From Minisyncoccota bacterium (GTDB taxonomy: Bacteria > Patescibacteriota > Minisyncoccia > Phycocordibacterales > Phycocordibacteraceae): a DNA stretch of 64,000 nt. The notes beneath the pieces are model-generated. The model did not search any database and was not told the DNA's origin. It saw only the letters and a list, made by a program, of their open reading frames with translations. The translations under genes and the position numbers were made by a program. Below, in pieces: positions 9,678-19,517 of the stretch (the stretch's first letter is position 1; every line of letters begins with the position of its first letter). The stretch lies in the NCBI GenBank assembly GCA_022841985.1, contig JALHQL010000003.1, forward strand, positions 6,878-70,877. Reading direction: 5' to 3'.

Positions 9678-10898
9678 ATGAGCGCGATTAATTTCAAGAT
9701 AGAGAAGCGCACGGCTGGCGGAGCCGGCCGTGCGGGAATTCTCTCTACTCCTCACGGCACTATCCGCACGCCTGCCTTTGCGCCAGTCGGTACAAAAGCA
9801 AATGTAAAGGGTATTTTACCGAGTGCTCTTGAGGCTCTTGGTGCTGAAGTCGTACTTGCGAACACCTACCATCTCTATTTGCAGCCGGGCGAGAAGATAG
9901 TAAAAGATGCCGGCGGACTTGGAAAGTTTATGGGTTGGAAGGGTCCGACAATGACCGATTCGGGTGGTTTCCAGGTCTTCTCTCTCGGGGCTGCTTTTGG
10001 AAAGACTATTTCGAAATTTACAAAAGAAGACTCTCCACCAGAAGAGTCTGTTGCTGTATACGACGAAGGAGTGGCAAGCCAGCATGGACAGCTCGCAGTT
10101 ATTGACGATGAGGGAGTTTCGTTCACTTCGCACCTTGATGGCTCGCTGCATCGCTTTACGCCCGAGCGCTCAGTCGAGATCCAGCATTCGCTCGGCGCGG
10201 ATATTTTTTTCGCGTTCGATGAGTGCACGTCACCAACCGAGCCCTATGCGTATCAGAGAGAGGCGATGGAGCGAACGCATCGTTGGGCAGAGCGTTCTCT
10301 GAAGGCGCACCGGCAGAATATAGACGCAGTGGGGAAGCAGGCGCTTTTCGGTATCGTGCAGGGCGGTCGGCATGAAGATTTACGTAAAGAGTCAGCGCGC
10401 GAAATTGTTCGTTTGGGTTTCGATGGTGTTGGCATCGGAGGATCATTTTCTAAAGAGGATATGCGCGGAGCTCTCTCCGCGGCCATGAGCGAACTTCCAG
10501 AAGAACTTCCGCGACATTTCCTTGGTATTGGCGAGCCGAGCGACATTCTTGAAGGTATTGCGAGCGGTATGGATCTCTTTGATTGTGTTGCGGCAACACG
10601 ACTTGGTCGCCATGGCTCTATCTACACGAAACACGGTTTACTTCATCTGAAAAACGAAAAGTATCGAAATGATTTTTCTGCACTCGATTCAGGTACTGTC
10701 ATTTCCGGTACAGAATCGTTTACGCGTGCATACGTGTCGCATCTCCTGCGAAGTGGAGAAATGCTCGGAGCGGTCATCGCCTCGATGCATAATGTCGGTT
10801 TTATTTTGCGGCTTTTTGCGGATGCTCGCCAAGCTATCCTTGATGGACGATTTGAGGATTATCGTGCAGACTTCATTCGCACATACACCCATGGCTAA
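9678..10898 (+). CDS. tgt: tRNA-guanine transglycosylase
   Basis: TPAFAPVGT, LANTYHL, TDSGGFQVFSL, FGIVQGG and DLFDCV motifs. Confidence 0.95.
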   Translation: MSAINFKIEKRTAGGAGRAGILSTPHGTIRTPAFAPVGTKANVKGILPSALEALGAEVVLANTYHLYLQPGEKIVKDAGGLGKFMGWKGPTMTDSGGFQVFSLGAAFGKTISKFTKEDSPPEESVAVYDEGVASQHGQLAVIDDEGVSFTSHLDGSLHRFTPERSVEIQHSLGADIFFAFDECTSPTEPYAYQREAMERTHRWAERSLKAHRQNIDAVGKQALFGIVQGGRHEDLRKESAREIVRLGFDGVGIGGSFSKEDMRGALSAAMSELPEELPRHFLGIGEPSDILEGIASGMDLFDCVAATRLGRHGSIYTKHGLLHLKNEKYRNDFSALDSGTVISGTESFTRAYVSHLLRSGEMLGAVIASMHNVGFILRLFADARQAILDGRFEDYRADFIRTYTHG

Positions 10899-12924
10899 TT
10901 TTAAACTACATACTCCATTTCCTCCGGCGGGCGACCAGCCGCAGGCTATCGCGGCCCTTGAGAAAGGGCTGAAGAAAGGTCTGCGTCACCAGACATTGTT
11001 TGGTGTGACTGGAAGTGGCAAAACCTTTACGGTAGCGAACGTCATCGCAAAACATGATAAGCCGACGCTTGTCCTTGCTCACAACAAAACGCTCGCAGCT
11101 CAGCTCGCGCAGGAGTATCGAGAGTTCTTTCCCGAAAACGCGGTGCATTATTTCGTCTCGTACTACGACTACTACCAACCAGAGGCATATATCGCGCACT
11201 CGGATACCTATATTGAGAAAGAGGCGATGATCAACGCCGAGATAGACCGTTTGCGTCACGCTGCAACACAGGCACTGCTTACTCGCAAAGACGTTATCAT
11301 TGTCGCTTCAGTTTCAGCTATCTATGGTCTTGGTTCGCCTGAAGAATATGAAAAAGTGCATGTGAAGATAGAAAAAGGGTCAGTCGAAGATCGTGCGGCT
11401 CTTATTCGGAAACTCATTGGTATTTATTTTGAACGGACGATCGCTGACCTTAATCCTGGGCAGTTGCGTGCCATCGGGAATTCGCTTGAGTTTATGCCGG
11501 TGAACGAACGCTCGATTTACCGCATCACGTTTGATGGCGATCGTATCACCTCTATCGATCAGCTTGATCCGGTTTCGCGTGCGCGAATGTCTGCACCTGA
11601 ATCAATTTTTGTGTTCCCAGCAAAACACTTTGTTACAAATGAAGAGGATCGATTGCGTGCCATTGAGAATATCAAGCTTGAGCTTGCGGAGCAGCTTGCG
11701 AAGTTTAAACGTGAAGAAAAGCCATTGGAGCATGAACGTCTAAAGCGGCGCACACTCCACGACCTCGCTCTTATTCGTGAACTCGGTTATACAAGCGGGA
11801 TTGAGAATTACTCTCGTCACTTTGACGGCAGAAAGCCGGGTGAACCGCCGTATACGCTTCTTTCGTATTTTCCGAAAGATTTTCTTACCGTTATCGACGA
11901 GTCGCATGTCACTGTCCCGCAAATAGGCGGTATGTATGCGGGTGATAAGTCGAGGAAAGATACGCTCGTCGAATACGGATTCCGTCTTCCTTCTGCACGT
12001 GACAATCGCCCGCTTCGGTTTGAAGAATTTGAAAAGCGTACGGGACAGATCTTGTATACAAGTGCGACGCCGGGACCATATGAGCGCGAGCATTCCGAGC
12101 AGGTTGTTGAGCAAATCATCCGCCCGACGGGTCTTATTGATCCCGAACTCACGGTACGTGCCGTAAGCGAAACAAGTAGCTATAAAGGACAAGTCGCCGA
12201 TTTTATCGCGGAAGCAGGATTGGTTATCAAGCGTGGTGGTAGAGCACTCGCGACAACTCTTACCAAACAAATGGCCGAAGATCTTTCTTCATTCTTGCGC
12301 GAAAAGGGCATTAAGGCAGAGTATCTTCATTCGGATGTGAAGACGATAGATCGTATCGACATCCTTACTAATTTTCGTAAGGGCATATTTGACATCTTGA
12401 TCGGTGTAAATCTCTTGCGCGAAGGACTCGACTTACCGGAGGTTGAGCTTGTGGGTATCTTAGATGCTGACAAGGAAGGATTCCTTCGTAGCGAAACTTC
12501 GCTCATTCAGACCATTGGCCGCGCAGCTCGCAATGTCCTCGGCCGAGTCATTTTGTATGCTGATACCATCACAGGTTCGCTTGAGGGAGCCATAGGTGAG
12601 ACGAATCGACGGCGCGCGATTCAGATGACCTATAACGAGAAACATGGCATTACGCCTCAGACCATCAAGAAAGAAATACATGACATCGCGGCCTCGATGC
12701 GTACGGAGCATCAGCGCACTATTGATGAACTTCTTGTGCTTGATACTCTTGCGTACAAAGACGATCCAGCGGCATTCATTAAACGGAAGAGGGAAGAAAT
12801 GGCGGAGGCTGTGGAACAACTCGATTTCGAAACAGCAGCACTTATTCGTGATGAGCTGTATAAGCTCGAAGGAAACGGACCAAAAAAGAAACCTCGCGCG
12901 CGTAAGGCTCTTTCGGGGGCGTGA
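10891..12924 (+). CDS. uvrB: Excinuclease ABC subunit B
   Basis: GVTGSGKT, YFVSYYDYYQPEAY, DESH and NLLREGLD motifs. Confidence 0.98.
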   Translation: MANFKLHTPFPPAGDQPQAIAALEKGLKKGLRHQTLFGVTGSGKTFTVANVIAKHDKPTLVLAHNKTLAAQLAQEYREFFPENAVHYFVSYYDYYQPEAYIAHSDTYIEKEAMINAEIDRLRHAATQALLTRKDVIIVASVSAIYGLGSPEEYEKVHVKIEKGSVEDRAALIRKLIGIYFERTIADLNPGQLRAIGNSLEFMPVNERSIYRITFDGDRITSIDQLDPVSRARMSAPESIFVFPAKHFVTNEEDRLRAIENIKLELAEQLAKFKREEKPLEHERLKRRTLHDLALIRELGYTSGIENYSRHFDGRKPGEPPYTLLSYFPKDFLTVIDESHVTVPQIGGMYAGDKSRKDTLVEYGFRLPSARDNRPLRFEEFEKRTGQILYTSATPGPYEREHSEQVVEQIIRPTGLIDPELTVRAVSETSSYKGQVADFIAEAGLVIKRGGRALATTLTKQMAEDLSSFLREKGIKAEYLHSDVKTIDRIDILTNFRKGIFDILIGVNLLREGLDLPEVELVGILDADKEGFLRSETSLIQTIGRAARNVLGRVILYADTITGSLEGAIGETNRRRAIQMTYNEKHGITPQTIKKEIHDIAASMRTEHQRTIDELLVLDTLAYKDDPAAFIKRKREEMAEAVEQLDFETAALIRDELYKLEGNGPKKKPRARKALSGA

Positions 12925-13012
12925 TCTGTATCGGATGAGTTGTTAGTTATCCACATAATGCAGCACAAGTCGTAGGTTCTTTTCGCACGGTACCTATATA
13001 CTGTAACCATAA

Positions 13013-13333
13013 ATGAACGACAATTCAGAACCTTTTTTTGGAACCAGGTCGAAGATACTAGTAGGTATTGTAATTATGCTTTTCGTTCTGTGGCTCTGGA
13101 TGAGTTGGCTTCAAGGGGTGTTCCCGTTCTCGTCAGGCGGCACTGTCACAACATCGGAAAAAATAGAACAGCAGCTATCAGAAAAAGATGTGCTTGGTTC
13201 TCTCACGTCATCTGCCCCCTCCTCCACGACGCCGAGCCCTTCAGTACTCGAAAGCCTTACTCCAACCTCGAAAAAGGGAAATGCAGCGTCCGCCGATACC
13301 TCAGTGCTTGACTCACTAACTTCAACAGAATAA
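13013..13333 (+). CDS. Single-TM Ser/Thr-rich hypothetical protein
   Basis: N-terminal TM helix and a thrice-repeated VL(G/E/D)SLT motif. Confidence 0.7.
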   Translation: MNDNSEPFFGTRSKILVGIVIMLFVLWLWMSWLQGVFPFSSGGTVTTSEKIEQQLSEKDVLGSLTSSAPSSTTPSPSVLESLTPTSKKGNAASADTSVLDSLTSTE

Positions 13334-13337
13334 CAAC

Positions 13338-14468
13338 ATGTTCATGCTTCCCACATTCATCTTCCGCCATCGTTATGTATCGTTTCTTACAGGCACGATA
13401 ACGCTAATTCTCGTAGTCCTTGGAGGTATTTCTGTGCATGCGCAATCTGGTGGTCAACCGGTAACCGGTTGGGCATGGTCTTCAAACATCGGCTGGATTA
13501 GTTTTGATGGCGTAGGGTATGGCGTGTCCGAAGATTCAGGGACGGGCGCACTTTCTGGTTATGCATGGTCTTCAAACATCGGCTGGATTAGTTTTAATTC
13601 GGCTCATGTCTCTGGCTGTCCATCCGGCTCATGTGCACCGCAAGTCAATTTATCAACAGGAAATTTGAATGGATGGGCACGCGCTTGCGCGGCATTTGCT
13701 AACAAAAATGCTTGTAGCGGCGCGCTTGATCCAAACGGCGGTGGATGGGACGGGTGGATTGCTCTTTCTGGTACTGCGGTTAATGGCACTTTGTATGGTG
13801 TTACTCAAAATAATACTACCGGTGCATGGAATGGATTCGCATGGGGTTCTGATACGGTAGGAGCAATCAGTATGGCTGGTACGATAAATGGTGTGCCGTA
13901 CGGAGTCTTTGGCAATTGTTCTGGTCCGTGCGTAGGAGCTACGTCCCCACAAGCATTCCTTTATGTTGATGAATCTACTATTGCTCAAGGTGGATCTACA
14001 ATGATCCGTTGGTCTTCTGTTAACGCATCCTCCTGTACGGGTACAGGCTTTACTGCAGGAGGTCCCTCAGGCGGTGTCTCGACAGGAACACTAAGCGCTC
14101 CCGGAACCTATCCCTATCAGGTTGTTTGCACGGATACGAGCGGTCAAGTCTCTCCTCCTGCCTCGGCGGTAGTTACAGTGCTACCTCCTTATGGTCTGAC
14201 CATTTCGGCAACTCCCGCACGTGTAAGTTCTGGCTCTACCTCGAGCATATCGTGGAGTGCTTATGGGGTACAGTCGTGCGAAGTATCCGGGCCGGGCCTT
14301 ACTACAGTAAGCGGAAATGCAGACGCAAGTAATAATTTCTCTACAGGTTCTCCACAGAGCGTTACAATAAACAGCCAGGCTACTTTCACTATCACTTGTC
14401 AGGCTGCCGGTACGTCGGTTTCCAGGTCTGTAGTGGTGAATCTTCTACCGTCTTTCCAGGAATTTTAA
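13338..14468 (+). CDS. Secreted surface protein with GWAWSSNIGWISF repeats and Ig/PKD-like C-terminal modules
   Basis: Signal peptide, repeated G(W/Y)AWSSNIGWISF, and WSS..A..C beta-sandwich repeats typical of CPR surface proteins. Confidence 0.85.
   Translation: MFMLPTFIFRHRYVSFLTGTITLILVVLGGISVHAQSGGQPVTGWAWSSNIGWISFDGVGYGVSEDSGTGALSGYAWSSNIGWISFNSAHVSGCPSGSCAPQVNLSTGNLNGWARACAAFANKNACSGALDPNGGGWDGWIALSGTAVNGTLYGVTQNNTTGAWNGFAWGSDTVGAISMAGTINGVPYGVFGNCSGPCVGATSPQAFLYVDESTIAQGGSTMIRWSSVNASSCTGTGFTAGGPSGGVSTGTLSAPGTYPYQVVCTDTSGQVSPPASAVVTVLPPYGLTISATPARVSSGSTSSISWSAYGVQSCEVSGPGLTTVSGNADASNNFSTGSPQSVTINSQATFTITCQAAGTSVSRSVVVNLLPSFQEF
13473..13595 (+). repeat. Perfect 33-bp direct repeat (13473-13505 and 13563-13595)
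   Basis: gcatggtcttcaaacatcggctggattagtttt occurs twice, 90 nt apart. Confidence 0.9.
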
Positions 14469-14489
14469 AAATTAAATAGTACATTATCT

Positions 14490-15188
14490 ATGAAAATTAA
14501 TCGCATACTCTCACAAATCGCTCTCGTTACAGGAACTCTTCTATTCTCTCTCGGGATTCAGACGTATGCCCAAACATGGAGCGCACCCACAGTCTCTCCG
14601 CCAAATAGCAATGCTTATACTCCGCTCACTATTGGTCCAGCGGCACAAATAAAGGCAGGCGGACTCCTCCTCAGTACGGGTAATGCAGTCAATGGCCTCC
14701 TCGTGCAAAACGGCAATGTCGGCATTGGAACGATAAGTCCAACCGCTAAGCTCGATGTGGCAGGAAACCTAAGGGTGGCAGGAGAAGTAAAGATTGGAAA
14801 TTCTGGTGCGGCCTGTACGACCGCTAATCTTGGCTCCGTGCGTTATGCTCCAGCACCTATTGATGCTGTGCAGTATTGTGCCAGCAGTGGTGGCACGCCG
14901 GTTTGGAAACACATTTCTCCGCCGCCGCCTTTAACAATCAGTGCTATCGGTCAGTGCCCCAACCCCAACCCCAATGGGGGCGGTAACAATTGCCCCCCGA
15001 GCAATGTCGGCGGGGCAGCTGCATCGGCAACTCGTCTTTGTGTACTAGCCGGTCGCTCCAACTACCTTTCTACAACAAACCAGACGATTGCTGGAAACAT
15101 TGTCGGGGGCGCATATTGGAATGGCAGCAGGTGGGTGAGTACCTCATGGGGAGGAGGGCAGGTTACCTCGTCGATTGTGTGTCAATAA
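14490..15188 (+). CDS. Secreted adhesin-like protein: constant N-terminus plus Cys-rich tip (paralog of 34049-34609)
   Basis: Signal peptide, WSAPTxSPPNSNAY and GNVGIGTxSPTAKLDV motifs, Cys-rich C-terminus. Confidence 0.85.
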   Translation: MKINRILSQIALVTGTLLFSLGIQTYAQTWSAPTVSPPNSNAYTPLTIGPAAQIKAGGLLLSTGNAVNGLLVQNGNVGIGTISPTAKLDVAGNLRVAGEVKIGNSGAACTTANLGSVRYAPAPIDAVQYCASSGGTPVWKHISPPPPLTISAIGQCPNPNPNGGGNNCPPSNVGGAAASATRLCVLAGRSNYLSTTNQTIAGNIVGGAYWNGSRWVSTSWGGGQVTSSIVCQ

Positions 15189-15245
15189 GAGAATCGCTCA
15201 TATTACCGACCCTGTTTATAGAAATTATTGATACATTGGAACTAA

Positions 15246-15431
15246 ATTTCTGATCGTGTCGATGCTTCGTGTGCAGCGGGCGAGACTATGACCGGGGCTA
15301 GTTGTCGTGGTGTAGACACCTGCTCTGGCAGTGATTCCTCTGCCTATGGCGGATACCTGACGGATGCTGGAATTGTTTGCTCAACTCAAACCTGTACAAC
15401 CCACACAGCGTATGTTCGTTGCTGCAGGTAA
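15246..15431 (+). pseudogene. Orphan Cys-rich C-terminal module without its own N-terminus
   Basis: Open frame ISDRVDASCAAGETMTGASCRGVDTCSGSDSSAYGGYLTDAGIVCSTQTCTTHTAYVRCCR*, homologous to the C-terminus of 34049-34609 and preceded by an in-frame TAA. Confidence 0.8.
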
Positions 15432-15543
15432 GTTCCGAGGATCTGTAGTGGTTAGTTAGAAGAAGTGATATAGTCTAGCCGCACCTGCCCCTCCATGGGC
15501 AGGCGGCTGTGCCTCTGTCAGCACACTATTTTTATAGAATCGT

Positions 15544-18255
15544 ATGAAAAAAACAAAAGCTGAAGGACGCGAACATCGACACGGAAGCCCCGTTAGAGAC
15601 GGGTCGCTTTCAGCGCACCGATCTAACGGGGTAAACTCGCATGATCACCATCTCGGTAGTGAGTGGCTGACCGTTCGTGGAGCAAGGACCCACAACTTGA
15701 AAAATATTTCTGCTGAGATGCCGCGTGGAGCGATGACAGTGATTACCGGTCTTTCAGGAAGCGGTAAGTCGTCTCTTGCATTCGATACTATTTTTGCCGA
15801 AGGACAGCGGCGCTACGTCGAGTCTCTCTCTGCATATGCGCGTCAATTTCTCAATCAGATGGCGAAGCCGGACGTCGATGAAATCACGGGCCTTTCACCA
15901 GCTATTTCCATAGATCAGAAAAGTCGTTCAAATAACCCACGCTCGACAGTAGCGACTGTCACCGAGATTTACGATTATCTGCGCGTCCTTTATGCACGTG
16001 CCGGACAGCCATATTGTATTCATCACGACGTACCAATCGTGCGACTCTCAAAAGAGGAGATGATTAAGATGGTGTTCTCGCGTGTCGATGCGAAGCGCAA
16101 AGGAGCGGGAACATCTGTTATGGGTGTTGCGGTAGACAAAACAGCAGTGACTATTTATGCGCCAGTTGTTGTCGGCAGGAAGGGTGAATATTATCAGCTA
16201 CTCTATGACCTCCTTGGTAAAGGATATGAGCGAGTCGTTATCGACGGGAAAACACAATCGCTACGAGAAAAAATAGTGCTTGACCGCAATAAACAGCACA
16301 GCATCGACGTGCTTGTGGACTCTATTTTTGTCTCTGAATTTGCGCGTACGACCGCAGGTGCCCGCGAGAGGCTTTCGGAAGCGCTTGAACTCGCACTCAA
16401 GCAATCGGATGGCCTGGTGAAAATTCAACACGCCGACGGTACACTCGAAACCCTTTCGTCAAAGTTTATTTGTCCAGACGATGGGGCATCTTTCCCCGAA
16501 GTCGAACCGCGCCTCTTCTCTTTCAATTCACCGTATGGCGCGTGTCCAGCCTGCCATGGTCTTGGCACCGAGTCACTTTTTTCAGAGGAAATATGCCAAG
16601 CCTGCGAAGGAAAGCGCCTTCGCCCGGAGGCATTGCGGGTATTTCTTAAATCCAAGAAGGATAAAACACTCGGGAAAAGCGTCGTAGACTTTACCAATAT
16701 GTCGATTAGGGAGGCGAAAGAGTTTGTCGATTCCATCGAGCTCTCGGAGATGAAAAAAGACATTGCTGAGCCAATCCTCAAGGAGATCAATAGTCGCCTC
16801 TCGTTCATGTTGAACGTTGGTCTTGATTACCTTACGCTCAATCGTTCGGCGGCGACACTTTCAGGTGGAGAAGCGCAACGCATCCGACTTGCTTCACAAC
16901 TCGGTAGCGGACTCACTGGTGCGCTGTATGTGCTCGATGAGCCGACTATCGGCCTCCATCAGCGCGACAATGACCGTCTTATCAAGACACTGCTTGTTTT
17001 AAAAGAGCTCGGTAACACTATTATCGTCGTTGAACACGATGAAGACACGATTTATTCCGCTGACTATCTCATTGATATTGGCCCGGGTGCAGGTGTGCAC
17101 GGCGGGAAAGTCGTCGTATCTGGTTGGCTTGATGATCTTCTGACCGCAAAAGAGAATAAAAGCAACTCTCTTACTCTCTCGTATTTGCGTCAAGAAAAAG
17201 AAATATCTGTACCTGAAAAGCGACGTACTAGCGAAAAAGGCTATATAAAAGTCCGTGGGGCGACTCTTCACAATCTGATAAACCAAAACATCGATGTGCC
17301 CTTAGGGAAACTCGTTTGCATTACGGGCGTATCCGGTAGTGGAAAATCGACGTTTCTTTACGACATTTTGCATCGCAATATTGCTGGACGCTTTATGCGC
17401 CGCGAAGCGAAGCTCGAACACATTTCCTCTCTGACTGGTACGGAATATATCGGCCGTGCGGTTCTCATAGATCAATCACCCATTGGGCGTACGCCACGCT
17501 CAAACCCGGCAACATATACCGGCGCTTTTACACATATCCGAGATCTTTTCGCCGCGACTCCCGAAGCGCGCGCCCGTGGATGGAAGCCGGGCCGTTTCTC
17601 CTTTAACGTTCCGGGGGGTCGTTGTGAAGCATGCCAAGGGAATGGCTCTATTGCGGTTGAGATGCACTTTCTACCAACAGTGTATGTAACCTGTGATATC
17701 TGTATGGGCAAACGCTTTATGAAAGAAACACTCGAGATTACATTTCGGGGTAAGACGATTCATGAAGTACTTCAAATGACTATTGAAGAAGCAGAGAAAT
17801 TTTTTGCGGATATCCCCGCGATTGCCGATCGTTTGATGAGTTTGAATTCAACTGGGCTTGAATATCTCACACTCGGACAAAGTGCGACGACACTCTCCGG
17901 CGGAGAAGCACAGCGTGTAAAAATAGCGAGCGAACTCTATCGGTCAATGACAATGAAAACGATATATCTTCTTGATGAACCCACGGTCGGTCTCCACTAT
18001 GAAGACGTACGTAAACTCATCGAGATTCTGCAGGAACTGGTGCTTCGGGGGAATACCGTGGTCGTCATTGAGCATAATCTCGACGTGATAAAGAGCTCTG
18101 ACTACGTGATTGACTTTGGTCCTGAAGGAGGTGCTGGAGGCGGAAAAATTATTGCAAAAGGCACACCCGAAGAAGTTGCTGACACGGAGGGTTCGTATAC
18201 GGGCGAATATCTGGCAAAAGCGTTACGACAGCATGCAAAAAAACGAACTACATAA
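15544..18255 (+). CDS. uvrA: Excinuclease ABC subunit A
   Basis: Two ABC modules: GLSGSGKS, GVSGSGKS and LSGGEAQR twice. Confidence 0.98.
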   Translation: MKKTKAEGREHRHGSPVRDGSLSAHRSNGVNSHDHHLGSEWLTVRGARTHNLKNISAEMPRGAMTVITGLSGSGKSSLAFDTIFAEGQRRYVESLSAYARQFLNQMAKPDVDEITGLSPAISIDQKSRSNNPRSTVATVTEIYDYLRVLYARAGQPYCIHHDVPIVRLSKEEMIKMVFSRVDAKRKGAGTSVMGVAVDKTAVTIYAPVVVGRKGEYYQLLYDLLGKGYERVVIDGKTQSLREKIVLDRNKQHSIDVLVDSIFVSEFARTTAGARERLSEALELALKQSDGLVKIQHADGTLETLSSKFICPDDGASFPEVEPRLFSFNSPYGACPACHGLGTESLFSEEICQACEGKRLRPEALRVFLKSKKDKTLGKSVVDFTNMSIREAKEFVDSIELSEMKKDIAEPILKEINSRLSFMLNVGLDYLTLNRSAATLSGGEAQRIRLASQLGSGLTGALYVLDEPTIGLHQRDNDRLIKTLLVLKELGNTIIVVEHDEDTIYSADYLIDIGPGAGVHGGKVVVSGWLDDLLTAKENKSNSLTLSYLRQEKEISVPEKRRTSEKGYIKVRGATLHNLINQNIDVPLGKLVCITGVSGSGKSTFLYDILHRNIAGRFMRREAKLEHISSLTGTEYIGRAVLIDQSPIGRTPRSNPATYTGAFTHIRDLFAATPEARARGWKPGRFSFNVPGGRCEACQGNGSIAVEMHFLPTVYVTCDICMGKRFMKETLEITFRGKTIHEVLQMTIEEAEKFFADIPAIADRLMSLNSTGLEYLTLGQSATTLSGGEAQRVKIASELYRSMTMKTIYLLDEPTVGLHYEDVRKLIEILQELVLRGNTVVVIEHNLDVIKSSDYVIDFGPEGGAGGGKIIAKGTPEEVADTEGSYTGEYLAKALRQHAKKRTT
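15588..15631. repeat. Palindromic element within the 5' end of uvrA
   Basis: ccccgttaga...tctaacgggg 10-bp inverted repeat enclosing an inner hairpin. Confidence 0.65.
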
Positions 18256-19483
18256 ATTCAATTTGCCAGATGTGCCCGGTGTGTATCTCTTTAAACAGGG
18301 GCGTAAGGTCCTGTATGTTGGCAAGGCGACCTCGCTGCGCGATCGGGTGCGGTCGTATTTCGATGATGATCTGATAGCAACTCGAGGACCGCGAGTAGTC
18401 GATATGGTGACAAAAGCTGATCGCGTCGTGTATGAGACAACGCCGACCGTGCTTGAGGCATTGGTGCGTGAAGCTGCGCTCATCCGCCTCTATCATCCGC
18501 CAGCAAACACTGAGGGAAAAGATGATAAGACTTTTCTCTATACGGTTATTACATACGAAGAGATTCCACGGGTGCTTATCATGCGCGGCAAGGATATAGA
18601 TTTCAAGGCAAAACATACAACCGATGGACAGAAAATTAAAGCTTTTTATGGTCCATTTCCTTCTGGAACACAGTTGCGTGAGGGTCTCCGACTCATACGG
18701 CGTATCTTTCCATTTTTTGATACTGAAAAGCCAATCGGCACGAAGAGTAAGCATCAGACAGCCAAGATAGAATTCAATACACAGATTAGACAATATCCAC
18801 GAGTATTTTCAGTACAAGAGTATAGTCGTACGATACGGCACGTCATGCTTTTTTTAAGTGGCCGCGGGAAAGAGTTGCGGGCAACACTAGAGAAAGATAT
18901 GCATCGCGCGGCTAAAGAGGAACGTTTCGAGGATGCATCTGCTGCGAGACGCGAACTATTTGCACTTGATCATATTCAGGACGTTTCGCTCATCAAGGAC
19001 GAGCGGCTTGAGGATGCTCGGGAAAAACAAGGGAGCGCCCGTATCGAAGCCTATGATACTGCGCACCTTTCGGGTACGAATGCTATCGGGGTGATGACGG
19101 TCATACTTGGTGGCGTACCAAGTAAGAAAGAGTATCGAACGTTCCGTATACGCGGGGTACAGAAGAACGATGATATCGCGTCTTTGAAAGAAATACTTTC
19201 ACGTCGGCTCGGTCACCCAGAGTGGCAATTGCCGCAAGCGATAGTGGTGGATGGTGGGACGACGCATAAAAAAGCCGCGGAGGGTATCCTCAAAGAGGCA
19301 GGAGTCAACAATATCCCGGTTGTTGCTGTGGTAAAGGATGAACGCCATCGTCCGCGTGAGGTTATTGGCGCGCAACGTGCTTGTGTCACTGAAGCGGATG
19401 CTGTATTGGCCAATAGCGAAGCGCATCGCTTCTCTCTCGCACGCCATCGAGCAGCTCGTTCACGAAATATACGAGTGAGGTAA
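18233..19483 (+). CDS. uvrC: Excinuclease ABC subunit C, lacking the C-terminal HhH domain
   Basis: GIY-YIG (PGVYLF...YVGKA...RVRSYF), UVR domain, RNase H-like EAYDTAH/VDGG/EAHRF. Confidence 0.92.
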   Translation: MQKNELHKFNLPDVPGVYLFKQGRKVLYVGKATSLRDRVRSYFDDDLIATRGPRVVDMVTKADRVVYETTPTVLEALVREAALIRLYHPPANTEGKDDKTFLYTVITYEEIPRVLIMRGKDIDFKAKHTTDGQKIKAFYGPFPSGTQLREGLRLIRRIFPFFDTEKPIGTKSKHQTAKIEFNTQIRQYPRVFSVQEYSRTIRHVMLFLSGRGKELRATLEKDMHRAAKEERFEDASAARRELFALDHIQDVSLIKDERLEDAREKQGSARIEAYDTAHLSGTNAIGVMTVILGGVPSKKEYRTFRIRGVQKNDDIASLKEILSRRLGHPEWQLPQAIVVDGGTTHKKAAEGILKEAGVNNIPVVAVVKDERHRPREVIGAQRACVTEADAVLANSEAHRFSLARHRAARSRNIRVR

Positions 19484-19517
19484 ATTTTGTTCCTGCTCGT
19501 TTGCTATACTTAACGGT

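Noticed and set aside
12947-12955. DnaA box suggesting oriC (another at 44239)
   Set aside because: Isolated single boxes, no cluster and no dnaA or dnaN nearby.
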